A DNA stretch of 64,000 nucleotides from a bacterium (GCA_041640655.1 JBEPZV010000003.1:1-64000); one strand, 5' to 3'; positions 1-10,213 are shown, counted from the stretch's first letter. Made by a program: numbers and translations. The notes: generated from the sequence alone by a model not told the origin.

Positions 1-871
1 GCTGCATCATGTCCTCGTACTGGCGGAGGAAGTGCTTCTTCGCTTCCGGCGTGAACCAGATGCCGCCGCTCTCGGTGGCGGTGAAATGCTGGGGCGACAG
101 GGCCTCGGTATTGAAGAGCGTCAGCACAAGCCGATCAATCGTGGCGGCGCGGAACTCCTCCATCAGGTCGAGCGCCAGGCTGCACCGTCCGTACTCGGGA
201 GCGTGGAGGAATCCGAGGTACGGATCAAAGCCCACGGCGGAGACGATCGCCAACGCCTCATTGAAGAGCAGAGCGTAGCCGAGGGAGAGGGCGGCATTGA
301 CCGGATCCTGAGGCGGACGGCGCGAGCGCTTGTGGAAGCGAAGGGAGCGACGGAACATGCTCCCGTAGGCCTGAAAATACACGGCGGCGGCCTGCCCTTC
401 CAGACCGCGAAGGGTGGCCAGCGGCTGCGGTCGCTCAAGAGCCGCGAGCGTGCGCTCCAGCTCCGCGACGGCTTCGTCGGCTGACCATTCGGGATGGTTG
501 CGCCGATAGCGAGCGATCACGCGCAGGCCAGACTGCACCTTCGCTCGCACGATCCGGCGGGCCAGCTCGCTGGCGAAGGCTTCGTCGCGAGCCCGTTCGT
601 ACTGCTTCAAGCGCAGCGGGATGTTCTTCGATTCCACCGCGACCAGGCGGCCTTTGAGCCGCCCATGCCAGGAGAAAAAGGCCGTATCAATGCCGTGCCG
701 CAGGAGAGCCGAGATCGCCCCGGTCGTCACATGGACATGACCGAAGACGATGACCCGCTCGATCTTCAGAAGCGGAACCTCGGCGATCGGCACCTTCTCG
801 CGATAGAGGACCAGGCGCTCACCGTCTTGTCGAACGAGCAGTCCTTGTTCCACCAGATACAGCGAACTCAT
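1..871 (-). CDS. cas1: CRISPR-associated endonuclease Cas1 (3' end runs off the window; absent from ORF track)
   Basis: Manual translation from ATG 871 (GGAGG RBS): MSSLYLVEQGLLVRQDGERL...LRGLEGQAAAVYF...RRPPQDPVNAALSLGY...GFDPYLGFLH...SLALDLMEEFRA; typical Cas1 motifs. Confidence 0.95.
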   Translation of the reverse strand, partial: MSSLYLVEQGLLVRQDGERLVLYREKVPIAEVPLLKIERVIVFGHVHVTTGAISALLRHGIDTAFFSWHGRLKGRLVAVESKNIPLRLKQYERARDEAFASELARRIVRAKVQSGLRVIARYRRNHPEWSADEAVAELERTLAALERPQPLATLRGLEGQAAAVYFQAYGSMFRRSLRFHKRSRRPPQDPVNAALSLGYALLFNEALAIVSAVGFDPYLGFLHAPEYGRCSLALDLMEEFRAATIDRLVLTLFNTEALSPQHFTATESGGIWFTPEAKKHFLRQYEDMMQ

Positions 872-943
872 CGCGCCTCCGCGAGCCGGCACGAGGGGCC
901 GGATCAAGGCCAGGCCCCTCGGCCGGCTGTTCAGGCTGCAGCT

Positions 944-1327
944 TCAGGCGCAGAATCCCCAAAGGTGCTGATCGTCAGCCATTGGCGCGCAGGCCGAGAG
1001 AACCGGCACCGGATGCGGCGGGAGCTTCGCGCGACGCTTGGGCTTCTTCTTGATCGTAGCGATGGCGTGCTTGTTGCGATAAGCCGTGATGAGCCGACCG
1101 TCGGCGACGATGAGCGTCGTCCCCACCAGGCGCTCCAACTGGCGCTCCAGGCCGCGCGGAATCTGACGCCGTCCGAAGAAGTAGAAGGTCGCCCCCGTGC
1201 GGTGGAGCCGCTGCCCCAGCCGCAGCACGATGTTCACATCCTCAAGAGAGATCCCCCGCTGGGCCAACCGCCGGGCCGCATGGCGAGAGATCCGAACCCT
1301 TGTGATGTCCATCGTTTTCATCATCAT
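944..1327 (-). CDS. DUF4258-family small basic protein (putative RelE-like RNase fold)
   Basis: ISRHAARRLAQRGIS N-terminal motif and LITAY strand typical of DUF4258; start approximate (MMMKTM). Confidence 0.7.
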   Translation of the reverse strand: MMMKTMDITRVRISRHAARRLAQRGISLEDVNIVLRLGQRLHRTGATFYFFGRRQIPRGLERQLERLVGTTLIVADGRLITAYRNKHAIATIKKKPKRRAKLPPHPVPVLSACAPMADDQHLWGFCA

Positions 1328-1487
1328 GGCCCCTAGCTTACGGCTGAACGTGCTCTCGCACAAGAGGGGGCCATCTTGACGGCAAGGCTTCCGCCTGACG
1401 ATGCGTGTCCAGGGCTGCGCGAGTCCTCGGGCGAATTGTCAAACAGCGCGGCGAGATCAGCCACGATGTGAAGACCGCGCGTTCGGC

Positions 1488-2705
1488 TCACCCGGGCGTC
1501 TGCGGGCTTCCCACCAGGTGAATGCGGCGGGGATCGAGCCGCACCCCATAGCGCGCACCGCGTCGCGTCGGCGTGATGTTGACGATCTGCAATTCGTCGG
1601 GGAAGCCCCCCTGCCGGAGCACGCGATTGAGCTTGGCGCGGTAGGAGAGGAAGAGGTCCTGATCGAATCGCTCGCTCTGTTTGGCCGTCGCCGCGCCGCT
1701 CGTGGGAGGAGCGAACGCCCGGCACAGCTCACGATAGGACTCGACGTCGAACTCGCTGTACTCCTGGAAGCACTGGGGGCACTCCGGAAGCCTGGCGGAA
1801 CCGCTCGCATGCTGCGGGTGGGCGGCGCGGCGCTCGGCGAAGTAGACGAGCAGCGCGAGCCTCACGCCGCGCACGGGCAACAGGCGATCGCCGAAGTGCA
1901 CCTGCCGCGTCGAATAGTCAATGACGAGCGTCTCCCACTTCTCGGCCTCGCGGTTCAGCTCGCGCTGCACCACGCGAATCTGCTCCTCGATGGTCCGGCG
2001 CAACTTCTTCTCCTTGAGGACCCACGAGCGCAAGCGCACAAACGGAATCTCGGCCAGATCAATGCGGGCTTCGCGCGTGGACACGGCCGGCCCGATGCCG
2101 ACCCCGATCCAGCGTTCCCGTCGCGGAGGGAAGAAGAACTGCGGGTTGTGCTCGAACGGCTCGGGCACGAGCACGTGATAGAGCCGATCCTGCTCTCGCC
2201 CGTAGAGCGTGAAAGCCAGAAGCATATAGGCCGACATCGTCTTGCGACCGCCGGCGATCGAACCGTGCACGACCGTGCGCGGATCGTCGGTGAGCTGTTG
2301 GATGATGCCGAGCAGTTGTTCGGCCAGGCAGCGATTGTCCTCCACCGTGCGAATGTCATCCAGTTCGATGCCCCCGTGTGAGGCGGAGACCGCTTGGTTT
2401 GTCCGACGATGGCGCGGCGAGGTTCGGGTGATTGTCAGAATGTGCGCCTCGTCGAAGCGGATGGCCCGCGGATCGAAGCCGTACTCGCGGCAGAAGGCGA
2501 AGAACTGCCCCTGCGCCGGATCGAGCAGATCGCGTCGAATGCGTTCGGCGCCGACGCGGGTGGTGATGACGAATACTTCCGAGATGGGGATGTGCCGCTC
2601 GACCATGAGCGCATAGAGCGTCTCGGTGACGATCTGCGGCGTCTGTCCCGTCACGGCCACGAAGATGTGGCGAGCGTTTTGCGATCTCATGCGTCGTTTT
2701 ACCAT
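1488..2705 (-). CDS. CRISPR-associated CARF protein, NE0113/TIGR02584 family, with C-terminal wHTH-like domain
   Basis: VAVTGQTPQIVTETLYAL, LDDIRT, SIAGGRKTMS, DRLYHVLV, FFFPP and LAEIPFVRL motifs; C-terminus resembles an OmpR-type wHTH; no HEPN RxxxxH motif seen. Confidence 0.85.
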   Translation of the reverse strand: MVKRRMRSQNARHIFVAVTGQTPQIVTETLYALMVERHIPISEVFVITTRVGAERIRRDLLDPAQGQFFAFCREYGFDPRAIRFDEAHILTITRTSPRHRRTNQAVSASHGGIELDDIRTVEDNRCLAEQLLGIIQQLTDDPRTVVHGSIAGGRKTMSAYMLLAFTLYGREQDRLYHVLVPEPFEHNPQFFFPPRRERWIGVGIGPAVSTREARIDLAEIPFVRLRSWVLKEKKLRRTIEEQIRVVQRELNREAEKWETLVIDYSTRQVHFGDRLLPVRGVRLALLVYFAERRAAHPQHASGSARLPECPQCFQEYSEFDVESYRELCRAFAPPTSGAATAKQSERFDQDLFLSYRAKLNRVLRQGGFPDELQIVNITPTRRGARYGVRLDPRRIHLVGSPQTPG

Positions 2706-2841
2706 AGCTCGTTGCGTTCTCCTCGAAGGAACTTGTGAGGAGCGGAATTCCCCTCGCGTTTATTGCCCCCCATCCTGGGCACTTGTGTTTCCATCGTTTG
2801 AGGGAGCGATAACTCACGCGCGCTCCGAAAAGCCGTTGTGC

Positions 2842-4185
2842 TCATCCCGGGTCACCTCCCGGTTCTCCTCTCACCCATCCCAACGGATACATGGGCGCGC
2901 CGCCCTCATAGCCGATGCGCCGCGTGTGGGGGAACGGGGCGTTGACGTCTATCCGATGCGTCCTCGGATCTTCGCCCAGGCGATACCGCCGGCGCAGCTC
3001 GGCGAATTCCTCCGGCGAGAGCACCCGCCGCAAGAGGTCGCCGATGGTTTTCACCTCCCAGCCGCCCCCCCAGCCGATGTTGAGCAAAAACGCGCCGTCC
3101 GACAGCCCGTCGAGCATCGCCCCCAGCTCGGCGTAAAACTCCGCGATCGGGCGCAGGTCGTACTGCTCGAAGAAACCTCTCTCCGCCTCGATGACGGCGC
3201 GGGCATAGGCGTTGCAGGTGCGCGCCAGTTCGCGCAGCGCCTGCTCTCTCGGCCCTCGAAAATGTATCTCGCGCTCGGCGCGTTCGGTGAAGAGGAAGTC
3301 ATCGGTGCGGAGATCGAAGGCGAGCGCGGTCTCGGGCCGGAGCCACTCGACGAAGATCTTGTATTCGCCTTCTTGCTCCCGCTTTTCGATGAGCCGATGG
3401 CCGCGCAGCGTGTACGTCCAGACGAGGCCGATGGCCAATCGGTCGCGCCCGACGGGACGGCTGTCGCTCACCTGAAGCGCGCGCAGAAGATCGTGGTTCG
3501 GATCTCGCCCGAGCATGGCGCGTTCGACCGGCTGGCCGAGCCATTCGCGGCTGCGGCTCAATTGCTCCAATCTCCGCCGAAAGGCGTGCGCCTCGCGTGC
3601 CAACCGACGTTCCTCGACGTTCAGCACCCGATAGAGCGTTTGCCGCAACGCCTCGGCTTCATCCTCGTTGACACCGAAGATCCGGGCGAGCACGGCGCGA
3701 TGTTCGTCAGGGCGATCGAACGCCTGGCGCTCTCTCAAAGCCGTCAGCACCTCGGACGCCTTCAAACAGAGCAGCACATAGCGCGCGGCGAACTGCCGAC
3801 GATCGGGCTCATCACTCATCAAGCGCCAGAGAATGGCCGTGCGGATGGCACCTTTGATCGAGCTGCCCGGCAGATAAGGCCGCCCGTGCGCGTCCTTCAG
3901 AGCTTCGCGGATGGGAGCGTCTGCGGGGTCCTGCGGGCACGGCAGGTCATAAGCGGCCACGTCCGAGGGCGCGATCCCTCTCTCGTTGAGCCAGGCCGAC
4001 CAGGTGAACGCGCGCTCACCCATGGCTCGCGCGAGCGCATTCGCCTCCCCGCCACGCGCCAGCACGCGGTCGAGATCTATCATGTACCAGCGCCCGTCGT
4101 GATACGCGCCGTCGAATCTTCCGTATTGCCGTCCCGCCCCGACGTGAACGGGGCTGAGGCAAACAAGCCGGTAAGGGGTCGTCAT
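2842..4185 (-). CDS. csm5: type III-A RAMP Csm5
   Basis: [37 protein letters not shown]; last RAMP of the csm operon. Confidence 0.9.
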   Translation of the reverse strand: MTTPYRLVCLSPVHVGAGRQYGRFDGAYHDGRWYMIDLDRVLARGGEANALARAMGERAFTWSAWLNERGIAPSDVAAYDLPCPQDPADAPIREALKDAHGRPYLPGSSIKGAIRTAILWRLMSDEPDRRQFAARYVLLCLKASEVLTALRERQAFDRPDEHRAVLARIFGVNEDEAEALRQTLYRVLNVEERRLAREAHAFRRRLEQLSRSREWLGQPVERAMLGRDPNHDLLRALQVSDSRPVGRDRLAIGLVWTYTLRGHRLIEKREQEGEYKIFVEWLRPETALAFDLRTDDFLFTERAEREIHFRGPREQALRELARTCNAYARAVIEAERGFFEQYDLRPIAEFYAELGAMLDGLSDGAFLLNIGWGGGWEVKTIGDLLRRVLSPEEFAELRRRYRLGEDPRTHRIDVNAPFPHTRRIGYEGGAPMYPLGWVRGEPGGDPG

Positions 4186-4562
4186 CGCGCCTCACCTCCC
4201 ACGGGCAAAAATCGAATTCGAATGCGCCCTTCTTCAAAGACGACGATGCTCCCCTGCTCCAGTGGCTGTTCCAGAGCAGGGAGATTCGCCAACAAAAGGG
4301 CGAGTTGTCGATCGGGGCGCCTCTCCGTCCCTTTTCGGAACAAAATAAGCGACGGCATAGACCCTTTCCACGAAGCGAGCAACACTCCAAAATCGGTATC
4401 GGCAGAGATCAGGATGCGTCCTTCGGCAACAGCCCGCTGAAAGATCTCCGCATCGCTGGCCCGCTGTAAACCATATTCGCGGACGTGGACGGCGTCGTGC
4501 CCGGCCTGTCGCAATCCGTGAGCGACGAATGGAGAGAGCGCGTTGTCAACGAGGAACCTCAT
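4182..4562 (-). CDS. DUF5615 PIN-like toxin (VapC45-like)
   Basis: [10 protein letters not shown]...SDAEI...[10 protein letters not shown]; coupled to DUF433 gene. Confidence 0.9.
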   Translation of the reverse strand: MRFLVDNALSPFVAHGLRQAGHDAVHVREYGLQRASDAEIFQRAVAEGRILISADTDFGVLLASWKGSMPSLILFRKGTERRPDRQLALLLANLPALEQPLEQGSIVVFEEGRIRIRFLPVGGEAR

Positions 4563-4789
4563 GGTGCCGTGATCAAGGGAAGGTGTCGCTCGCGCACCGC
4601 CTCAGCGGCGTAATGCAATGCTTGGCGAATGTCTTCGGGCTCCAGGTCAGGGAATGCATCGAGGATTTCTCGTTCCGTCATCCCCTCGGCCACCATGGAG
4701 ACGATCGTCGCCACCGGAATGCGCAATCCGCGAATGCAGGGGACTCCCCCCATCTGATTGGGATCAACGGTGATTCTCGTGAACTCCAT
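4559..4789 (-). CDS. DUF433 antitoxin (VapB45-like)
   Basis: [22 protein letters not shown]...[17 protein letters not shown]. Confidence 0.92.
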   Translation of the reverse strand: MEFTRITVDPNQMGGVPCIRGLRIPVATIVSMVAEGMTEREILDAFPDLEPEDIRQALHYAAEAVRERHLPLITAP

Positions 4790-4857
4790 AGCTCTTTCCC
4801 CTTGCGATGAGCTATCGGCTTCCGATGTGGGATTCTACGCCATCCGGCATACGCGCG

Positions 4858-5904
4858 CTACCGCACGCCCACAGGAAAAGCATACCCATAGCGCCAGACG
4901 TCGTGGGGACACGCGTCGGGCTTCACGTTGACGAGTCGTCCGGCGCGCGGCGTGGGCGCGACGGCGAACACGGACCCTTCGGCAAACATCCAGACGGTCT
5001 TGCGCCGGAGGTTAGCCGCTTGTGGCGACGTCACCCAGCCGCGACGCGGCATCAGCTCATAGGCGGCTCCCTCGCCCGTCAGCCGACCCAACTCGGTGAC
5101 ATCCTTGGGGCCGAGCGGCGAGAGCGTGACGAAACGCGCGGCTCCCGCCGCGTGGGGCAACGGCTCTTGGCTCGGCCCCTCGACCGCGAACGATCCGCGC
5201 CCGGCACCGCGCTCGCCGCCCAGGCCCATATCGCCGAGCGCGCGCAGGACGGCATCGAATCGTCGCGGCAACTCGTGGCCGTGATCGCGATTGAACTCGA
5301 CGGCGAACCAGAGTCCGACCCGGTCGGCGAAAAGAACCTCACCGAAATGCCAGATCTCCGACGCCGCCGTCAGGCGATCGAGCGTCACGCGCGGCACGAC
5401 CGCCGTCCTCCAGAGCACGATGTCGCCGCTCGTGTCATCGGTCCATTCGGCGAGATGCGCCATCTCCTCTTCGGTCACCCACACGGTCTCGCCGGTGATG
5501 CACGACGACTTTCGGAACACGAGGGGCTCGCCGTTTATGATCGCGGCGAAGATGCGTTCGGAGACGAAGCGGACGCGTTTGAAGGCTTTCTCGTCGCCCT
5601 CGGCGATCGTCACGCCGGCGAGTCGCCCGATCGGCTTCGGGAAAAAGCGCACATCTCCGGCAAAGGGGAACGCCGAGGTGAGGAAGAAGGGCTCCGCGCC
5701 GACGTCGCCTTCGGTGAACCAATCGAGCACATCGCGCTGAAGCGCCGCGACGCCGTACAGCTCGTGCCAGGCCGAACAGATCGCGCCGAAGAGCGTATCG
5801 GCGGGAACGTGCGTGCGCGTCACTTCCAGCCCCACGCCCCGCTCGCCGATGTGAAGCGGCGAGCGGAAGCGCAGCCGATAGGTCGCGAACGCGGGCATGG
5901 TCAT
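4858..5904 (-). CDS. csm4: type III-A RAMP Csm4
   Basis: PLHIG, PADTLFGA, LTSAFPF, PRVTLDR, GLGGERGAGRG, MFAEGSVF, YGYAFP. Confidence 0.92.
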   Translation of the reverse strand: MTMPAFATYRLRFRSPLHIGERGVGLEVTRTHVPADTLFGAICSAWHELYGVAALQRDVLDWFTEGDVGAEPFFLTSAFPFAGDVRFFPKPIGRLAGVTIAEGDEKAFKRVRFVSERIFAAIINGEPLVFRKSSCITGETVWVTEEEMAHLAEWTDDTSGDIVLWRTAVVPRVTLDRLTAASEIWHFGEVLFADRVGLWFAVEFNRDHGHELPRRFDAVLRALGDMGLGGERGAGRGSFAVEGPSQEPLPHAAGAARFVTLSPLGPKDVTELGRLTGEGAAYELMPRRGWVTSPQAANLRRKTVWMFAEGSVFAVAPTPRAGRLVNVKPDACPHDVWRYGYAFPVGVR

Positions 5905-6743
5905 CCCCCCTCCCGGATCAACGCTTGCAGGCGATCGGCGTAGCCTTCCGGAGGAAGCTGGCGCACCTCGTCAACTCCCTGGGCAAGCGTCACGAGATCG
6001 CCTTCTCCCTCATAGTAACGGCGCGGCTTGAAGACGACCGTGATCTTCTGGAACTTGATCTTCCCCGCTCCGCGCGAGCCGTAGCCGCCGAGATAATCGT
6101 CCTCCAAAAGCTCCATCGCCTTGAAGACGTAGCGCAGCCACTGGATGTCGCTGTCGCTCCCGCTGCCGTTCAGATCGTAGAGGCTGTAGACCAGCTCGAA
6201 GGGGGCGAAGACGGCTCCGGCGGGCACGCGCTCGTTTTGACGTGGGACGGCTGCGGCCGTGATCCGATCAATGGCGGCTTCCCATTTCACTTCGGTGAAC
6301 GGGAGATCGGTCTTGGCGCGACGCAAGCGCTCGGTCGCCTCGTGATCCCGTGCCAGATAGACATCGCGCACGATCAAGCGCGCGGGCTTCAGGTTCGTCC
6401 AGCCGCGCCGTTCGCGCTCGCCCGGCGTCACGCCGAAGATCTGGCAGACGGGACACGCCGCATATTCCGTTTCGTTCTCGCAGACGTGCACGCGGACGAC
6501 GGGCTCGCGCCGCTGGATGGAATGGTTCGCTTCTTTTCCGAAATGCCGATCCAGAAGCGACCGCATCTTGCCGCGCAGTGAGGAGCCGGGAATGTAGGGT
6601 TCTCGCGTCACCGGATGGCGGATGATGGGATTGTCAATGCCGCCGATGTCCAATCCGGCCGCCGCGCCGCCGATGTGCAAGCCCGTGAGGGCCTCAATCT
6701 CGCCGGTGATGATGACCTTTCCTCGAAGCAGGAGATTCGGCAT
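5901..6743 (-). CDS. csm3: type III-A backbone RNase Csm3
   Basis: TGLHIGG, GGIDNP (catalytic Asp), PYIPGSSLRGKMRSLL, YLGGYGSRGAG; ATG 6743 with AGGAGG RBS. Confidence 0.95.
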   Translation of the reverse strand: MPNLLLRGKVIITGEIEALTGLHIGGAAAGLDIGGIDNPIIRHPVTREPYIPGSSLRGKMRSLLDRHFGKEANHSIQRREPVVRVHVCENETEYAACPVCQIFGVTPGERERRGWTNLKPARLIVRDVYLARDHEATERLRRAKTDLPFTEVKWEAAIDRITAAAVPRQNERVPAGAVFAPFELVYSLYDLNGSGSDSDIQWLRYVFKAMELLEDDYLGGYGSRGAGKIKFQKITVVFKPRRYYEGEGDLVTLAQGVDEVRQLPPEGYADRLQALIREGG

Positions 6744-6757
6744 GGGGGTTCCTCCTT

Positions 6758-7171
6758 TCATCGTCCGCCGGCCGCCCGGTGGTAAGCCAGGATGGCCTCG
6801 AAGAAATCCACGAAGCGGGCGAATTTCGCGGCATCGGCGCCGACTTCGTCTATGGCCCAAGTCAACACCTTCTTCAGATCCCGCGCTCCCCGTTCGTTGG
6901 CGCGAGCGGCCGCATAGGCGAGCTTGGGCTTGAGCAGGACGAACTCGTTGGCGTCGAAGCCGCGCATCTCCATTTGCTTGACCATCCCGTAGATGTTGCG
7001 GATCTGGCTCGTCGTGAGGCCTCCACGATGGAGTTGCGGGCCGAGCCGCTCGGCGAGCTCGACGAGCGCGCGACCGCCTTCGCGAATGGCCCGTCGGACC
7101 TCATCGGGAGACGGCATTCCCGTCGGCGATGATGATGGACGATCGTGTCGCGATGGATTGCCTCGCGTCAT
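6758..7171 (-). CDS. csm2: type III-A small subunit Csm2
   Basis: LTTSQIRNIY, LLKPKLAYAAAR, FVDFFEAILAYH. Confidence 0.95.
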   Translation of the reverse strand: MTRGNPSRHDRPSSSPTGMPSPDEVRRAIREGGRALVELAERLGPQLHRGGLTTSQIRNIYGMVKQMEMRGFDANEFVLLKPKLAYAAARANERGARDLKKVLTWAIDEVGADAAKFARFVDFFEAILAYHRAAGGR

Positions 7172-7174
7172 AGC

Positions 7175-9703
7175 TCATCCCTCCCTGGTCAGGAGTTCCG
7201 TCCAGCGGGCGAGGACGTGCAGTCGGGCGATGAATCCGCTTGGTTGCACGAGCGCCTGCTGGAGGCTTTCAATCGTTTCTTTGTGAGCGGGGTATCGCTC
7301 ACCGAAACGGCTGAGGTGATAGACCAATCGCCATTGCCACTTGTCGTAATGGATCAGCTCTTCCATCTGCTCGCGCGTGATCTCGCGTCGTCGCTGGGCT
7401 CGTCGCCAGCGGGCGCGATTTTCGACATAGAGCGCGTGAATCTCCAGAAGCCGCATGAGGAAGGCGCGCGGCAAAGCCGGCTCATCCGTCGTGGGCGCGA
7501 GCATCTCCAGAAGCCTCTCTTTCCACTCCGCGAGATGCTCGAAGTCCTCCCATCCCAGCGCCGTCTGCAGAAAACCGATCGCATCCTTGGCGCGCCCGGA
7601 GGGACGCTGAAACTCCTTCGCCTGATCGTCAAGAGCGTGTCGGGCACTGGCGGCCAGTTGATAGAGGGGGAATTTCTGGTGCTCGATGGCGATGCCGCCC
7701 GAGAGCGTGACGTGATCGCCGCCGATGAACCGGCGGAAATCCTCGCGAATGCGCCGTGCCAATTCGGGCAGCACGCTCCAGGCGCCGACGACGAAGAGAT
7801 CGTCGCCCCCGGCGTAGATGAGATAGAGCGCGTCCTTCCCCCCACGCTCGAACCGATTGAACTCGCGACAGAGACGCGGCACCCAGGCCTCGAAATAAAG
7901 GCGCAGCGACTCGCTGAGCGTACTCATGCGCGACAGCGTCGCGTGCGCGCCGAGGCCGCTTTTGAACACGTCGCCCAGGCTGTCCACATCCATGCGCAGC
8001 ACGCCGAGCCACTTCACGCCCTCGGCGGCCTGGGCGAGGTCGGCGAATTCGGCGATGTTCTCTTCGCCGCCGGCGCCGCGCTTTCTCGGCGTCGCATCGG
8101 CCAGCCAGCGAAAATCGTAACTCACCGGCAGATCGCCCCAGCGGAAGCGACGGCGAATCTCATCGTTCAGGAAATCCGTCGAATCGAACGTGTAGACGAG
8201 GGCTGCCGTCGCTCCCGCGGGTTTGGGCGGCAGGCGCTCTCCCTCATGGACGAGCCGGGCCTCCGCGCCGAAGGCCCGCAGGGCATCGCGCCAATCGCCG
8301 TGCTCCGGCGGCTCGACCTCAGGTACGGTGAAGAGAACCAGATGCGTCGGATCGCGGAGCCATCGGCCCAGCTCCTCGAATCCACGACAATGTTGACACT
8401 TGCGCACGCCCTCTTCGATCTCGAGTGCTCCTTCGTTATGACAGACCTGACACGTGTCTTCGGCCGTCGTGCCCCGCTGTCGAGGGGTGAACAACTCGCG
8501 CTGCATCGCCTCGAGGCCGAGGTCGCGCCATTTCTGCTGCTTCTGCTCGTTGACCCGGACGGAGACTTCTCCCCACTTGTCGGCGAAGGCGTTGCCTCCA
8601 GCCTCCACCTCCAGAAAGTCGAGCGCCGCGACCGGCACGGAATCTATGAGCAGCGCGAGATCGCCTCGATGCACCGTCCAGAGCACGCGCGCGATATGCC
8701 GCCGATACTGATCCAGATGCTCGCTCGCTTCTCGATAGGGCAGCAGGAGATAGAAATGTCCGCCGCCGGCAAAGAGCAGATTGGTTGGTGGCAGATCGAA
8801 CCGGCGCAAGAGCCATTCCGCCATCGTCTCCGTGAGCAGTTGCAGATAGAAGGACCGACCGCGCAGCCCACGCGCGGCTCCGCTACTCGTGAGCAGATAG
8901 AGGAAATCCTGCGTCCCCGAGATGTCGCCTTTGACCAGGGCGCAGAGGGGGCGCGTGAGAAGCGCTTCCTCGGCGGGAGTCAACCGTGCGTTCCGCCAGC
9001 GATTGGTCAGCGCTCCGTGAAGCGTCCGCAGGTCCGATTCGCTCAGTTCTTCTCGAACCAGGCAGGCGGCGATGGCCGCCGTCGTCTTCAGATGGTGATA
9101 GAGCGAGATGTCGGGGATGAGATCACGTCGCGTATCCGAAGGGATGGCCCAGGTGAACCGCCGCAGGAGCGCGAGGAGCGTCCGCAGGTCTCCCTGTGGC
9201 ACATGGATGACGTCGCACGTGAACTTCGCCCATAACGCGCGATAAGCTTCGACGGATCCGACGGCATCCGGGCGCGGGAAGATGGCCGAACGTTCGAGCG
9301 ACAGCTCGACCAGTTCGTGATACCGAGCGGCTTCCGGTCCGAGACCGAACAAGCGCGAGAAGACCGTGCGGATGGCCGTCTCGGCGCGACCCCGAGCGCC
9401 GTCGGCGTCGCCCTCGGCTTCCGCGCGTTCGTAGGCGGAGAGCCGATCGGCCAGCGAGACCAGAAGCTCATCGGGAAGTGACGGGACATGATGCGTGAGG
9501 ACGAGACGGCCCACCGTCGTCACGTCCGCCGGCCAGCGACCGAGATGCTCCTGGACGAAGACGGCGCTGTACGGCTCATGGCTGTATCGGGCCTCCTGCC
9601 GATAGCCGACGGCCCACGCCGGCAACGGCTCTCCCGTCCGTTCGCCGAACTTGCCGATGTCGTGAAGCAAGGCGCCGAGAATGACCGCTTCGCCCTCGGT
9701 CAT
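7175..9703 (-). CDS. cas10: type III-A Cas10/Csm1 with HD nuclease and Palm cyclase
   Basis: ALLHDIGKF and ADRLSA (HD), KGDISGTQDF, LRGRSFYL, GGGHF, CQVC/CQHC, MDVDSLG, YAGGDD. Confidence 0.96.
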   Translation of the reverse strand: MTEGEAVILGALLHDIGKFGERTGEPLPAWAVGYRQEARYSHEPYSAVFVQEHLGRWPADVTTVGRLVLTHHVPSLPDELLVSLADRLSAYERAEAEGDADGARGRAETAIRTVFSRLFGLGPEAARYHELVELSLERSAIFPRPDAVGSVEAYRALWAKFTCDVIHVPQGDLRTLLALLRRFTWAIPSDTRRDLIPDISLYHHLKTTAAIAACLVREELSESDLRTLHGALTNRWRNARLTPAEEALLTRPLCALVKGDISGTQDFLYLLTSSGAARGLRGRSFYLQLLTETMAEWLLRRFDLPPTNLLFAGGGHFYLLLPYREASEHLDQYRRHIARVLWTVHRGDLALLIDSVPVAALDFLEVEAGGNAFADKWGEVSVRVNEQKQQKWRDLGLEAMQRELFTPRQRGTTAEDTCQVCHNEGALEIEEGVRKCQHCRGFEELGRWLRDPTHLVLFTVPEVEPPEHGDWRDALRAFGAEARLVHEGERLPPKPAGATAALVYTFDSTDFLNDEIRRRFRWGDLPVSYDFRWLADATPRKRGAGGEENIAEFADLAQAAEGVKWLGVLRMDVDSLGDVFKSGLGAHATLSRMSTLSESLRLYFEAWVPRLCREFNRFERGGKDALYLIYAGGDDLFVVGAWSVLPELARRIREDFRRFIGGDHVTLSGGIAIEHQKFPLYQLAASARHALDDQAKEFQRPSGRAKDAIGFLQTALGWEDFEHLAEWKERLLEMLAPTTDEPALPRAFLMRLLEIHALYVENRARWRRAQRRREITREQMEELIHYDKWQWRLVYHLSRFGERYPAHKETIESLQQALVQPSGFIARLHVLARWTELLTREG

Positions 9704-9881
9704 AGACCCTCCTCGCGCTCGAATCGGCGATCAGTGTAGCACAAGGGCGAACCGATCAGTACCGCCGGAAATACGGCCGGCAAGATTGCCCGCCGATGAA
9801 GGGACCTTCGCCAAGCAATCCATCGCGGCGGAGTCGCGAGGGAATCGCCCCCCACGAGCACTTCCGGCTCTATGGCGGCGA
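9674..9881. repeat. Copy 1 of duplicated cas10 5' end/promoter segment
   Basis: 9674-9750 and 9832-9881 match 10609-10683 and 10689-10738. Confidence 0.85.
9733..9741 (-). promoter_or_regulatory. Extended -10 element upstream of cas10
   Basis: TGcTACACT on minus strand about 30 nt upstream of ATG; AGGAGG RBS in between. Confidence 0.5.
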
Positions 9882-9973
9882 CTCGGATGCTCATCCCCTC
9901 ACTTGCCCGACGTGGTCGCGGAGGTTGAGTTATGCTACGCTAAATGCGTGTCCTGCGAACAAGGAGGGGAACG

Positions 9974-10213
9974 ATGGCGACATGGAAGGAATGGATCGTC
10001 TCGGACCCGTCGGTGATGATGGGCAAACCGGTGATCGTCGGAACCCGGATCACGGTGGAACTCATTTTAGAGAAGCTGGCGGCGGGTGAGACGGTGGAGG
10101 ATGTGCTGGAAGCGCACCCCCAGTTGACCCGCGAGGCCATTCACGCGGCTCTGGCTTTTGCGGCCGAGGCGTTGCGGGCTGATGTGATCTATCCCCTAAA
10201 GGTGCCAGCGTGA
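9974..10213 (+). CDS. DUF433 antitoxin (second copy)
   Basis: IVSDPSVMMGKPVIVGTRITVELIL...HPQLTREAIHAALAFAA; AGGAGG RBS. Confidence 0.92.
   Translation: MATWKEWIVSDPSVMMGKPVIVGTRITVELILEKLAAGETVEDVLEAHPQLTREAIHAALAFAAEALRADVIYPLKVPA

Noticed and set aside
9788..9810. CCGATGAAGGGA resembling part of a type III CRISPR repeat (possible mini-array)
   Set aside because: Single short match without an ATTGAAAC-like end or a second copy; cannot be judged without the real repeat
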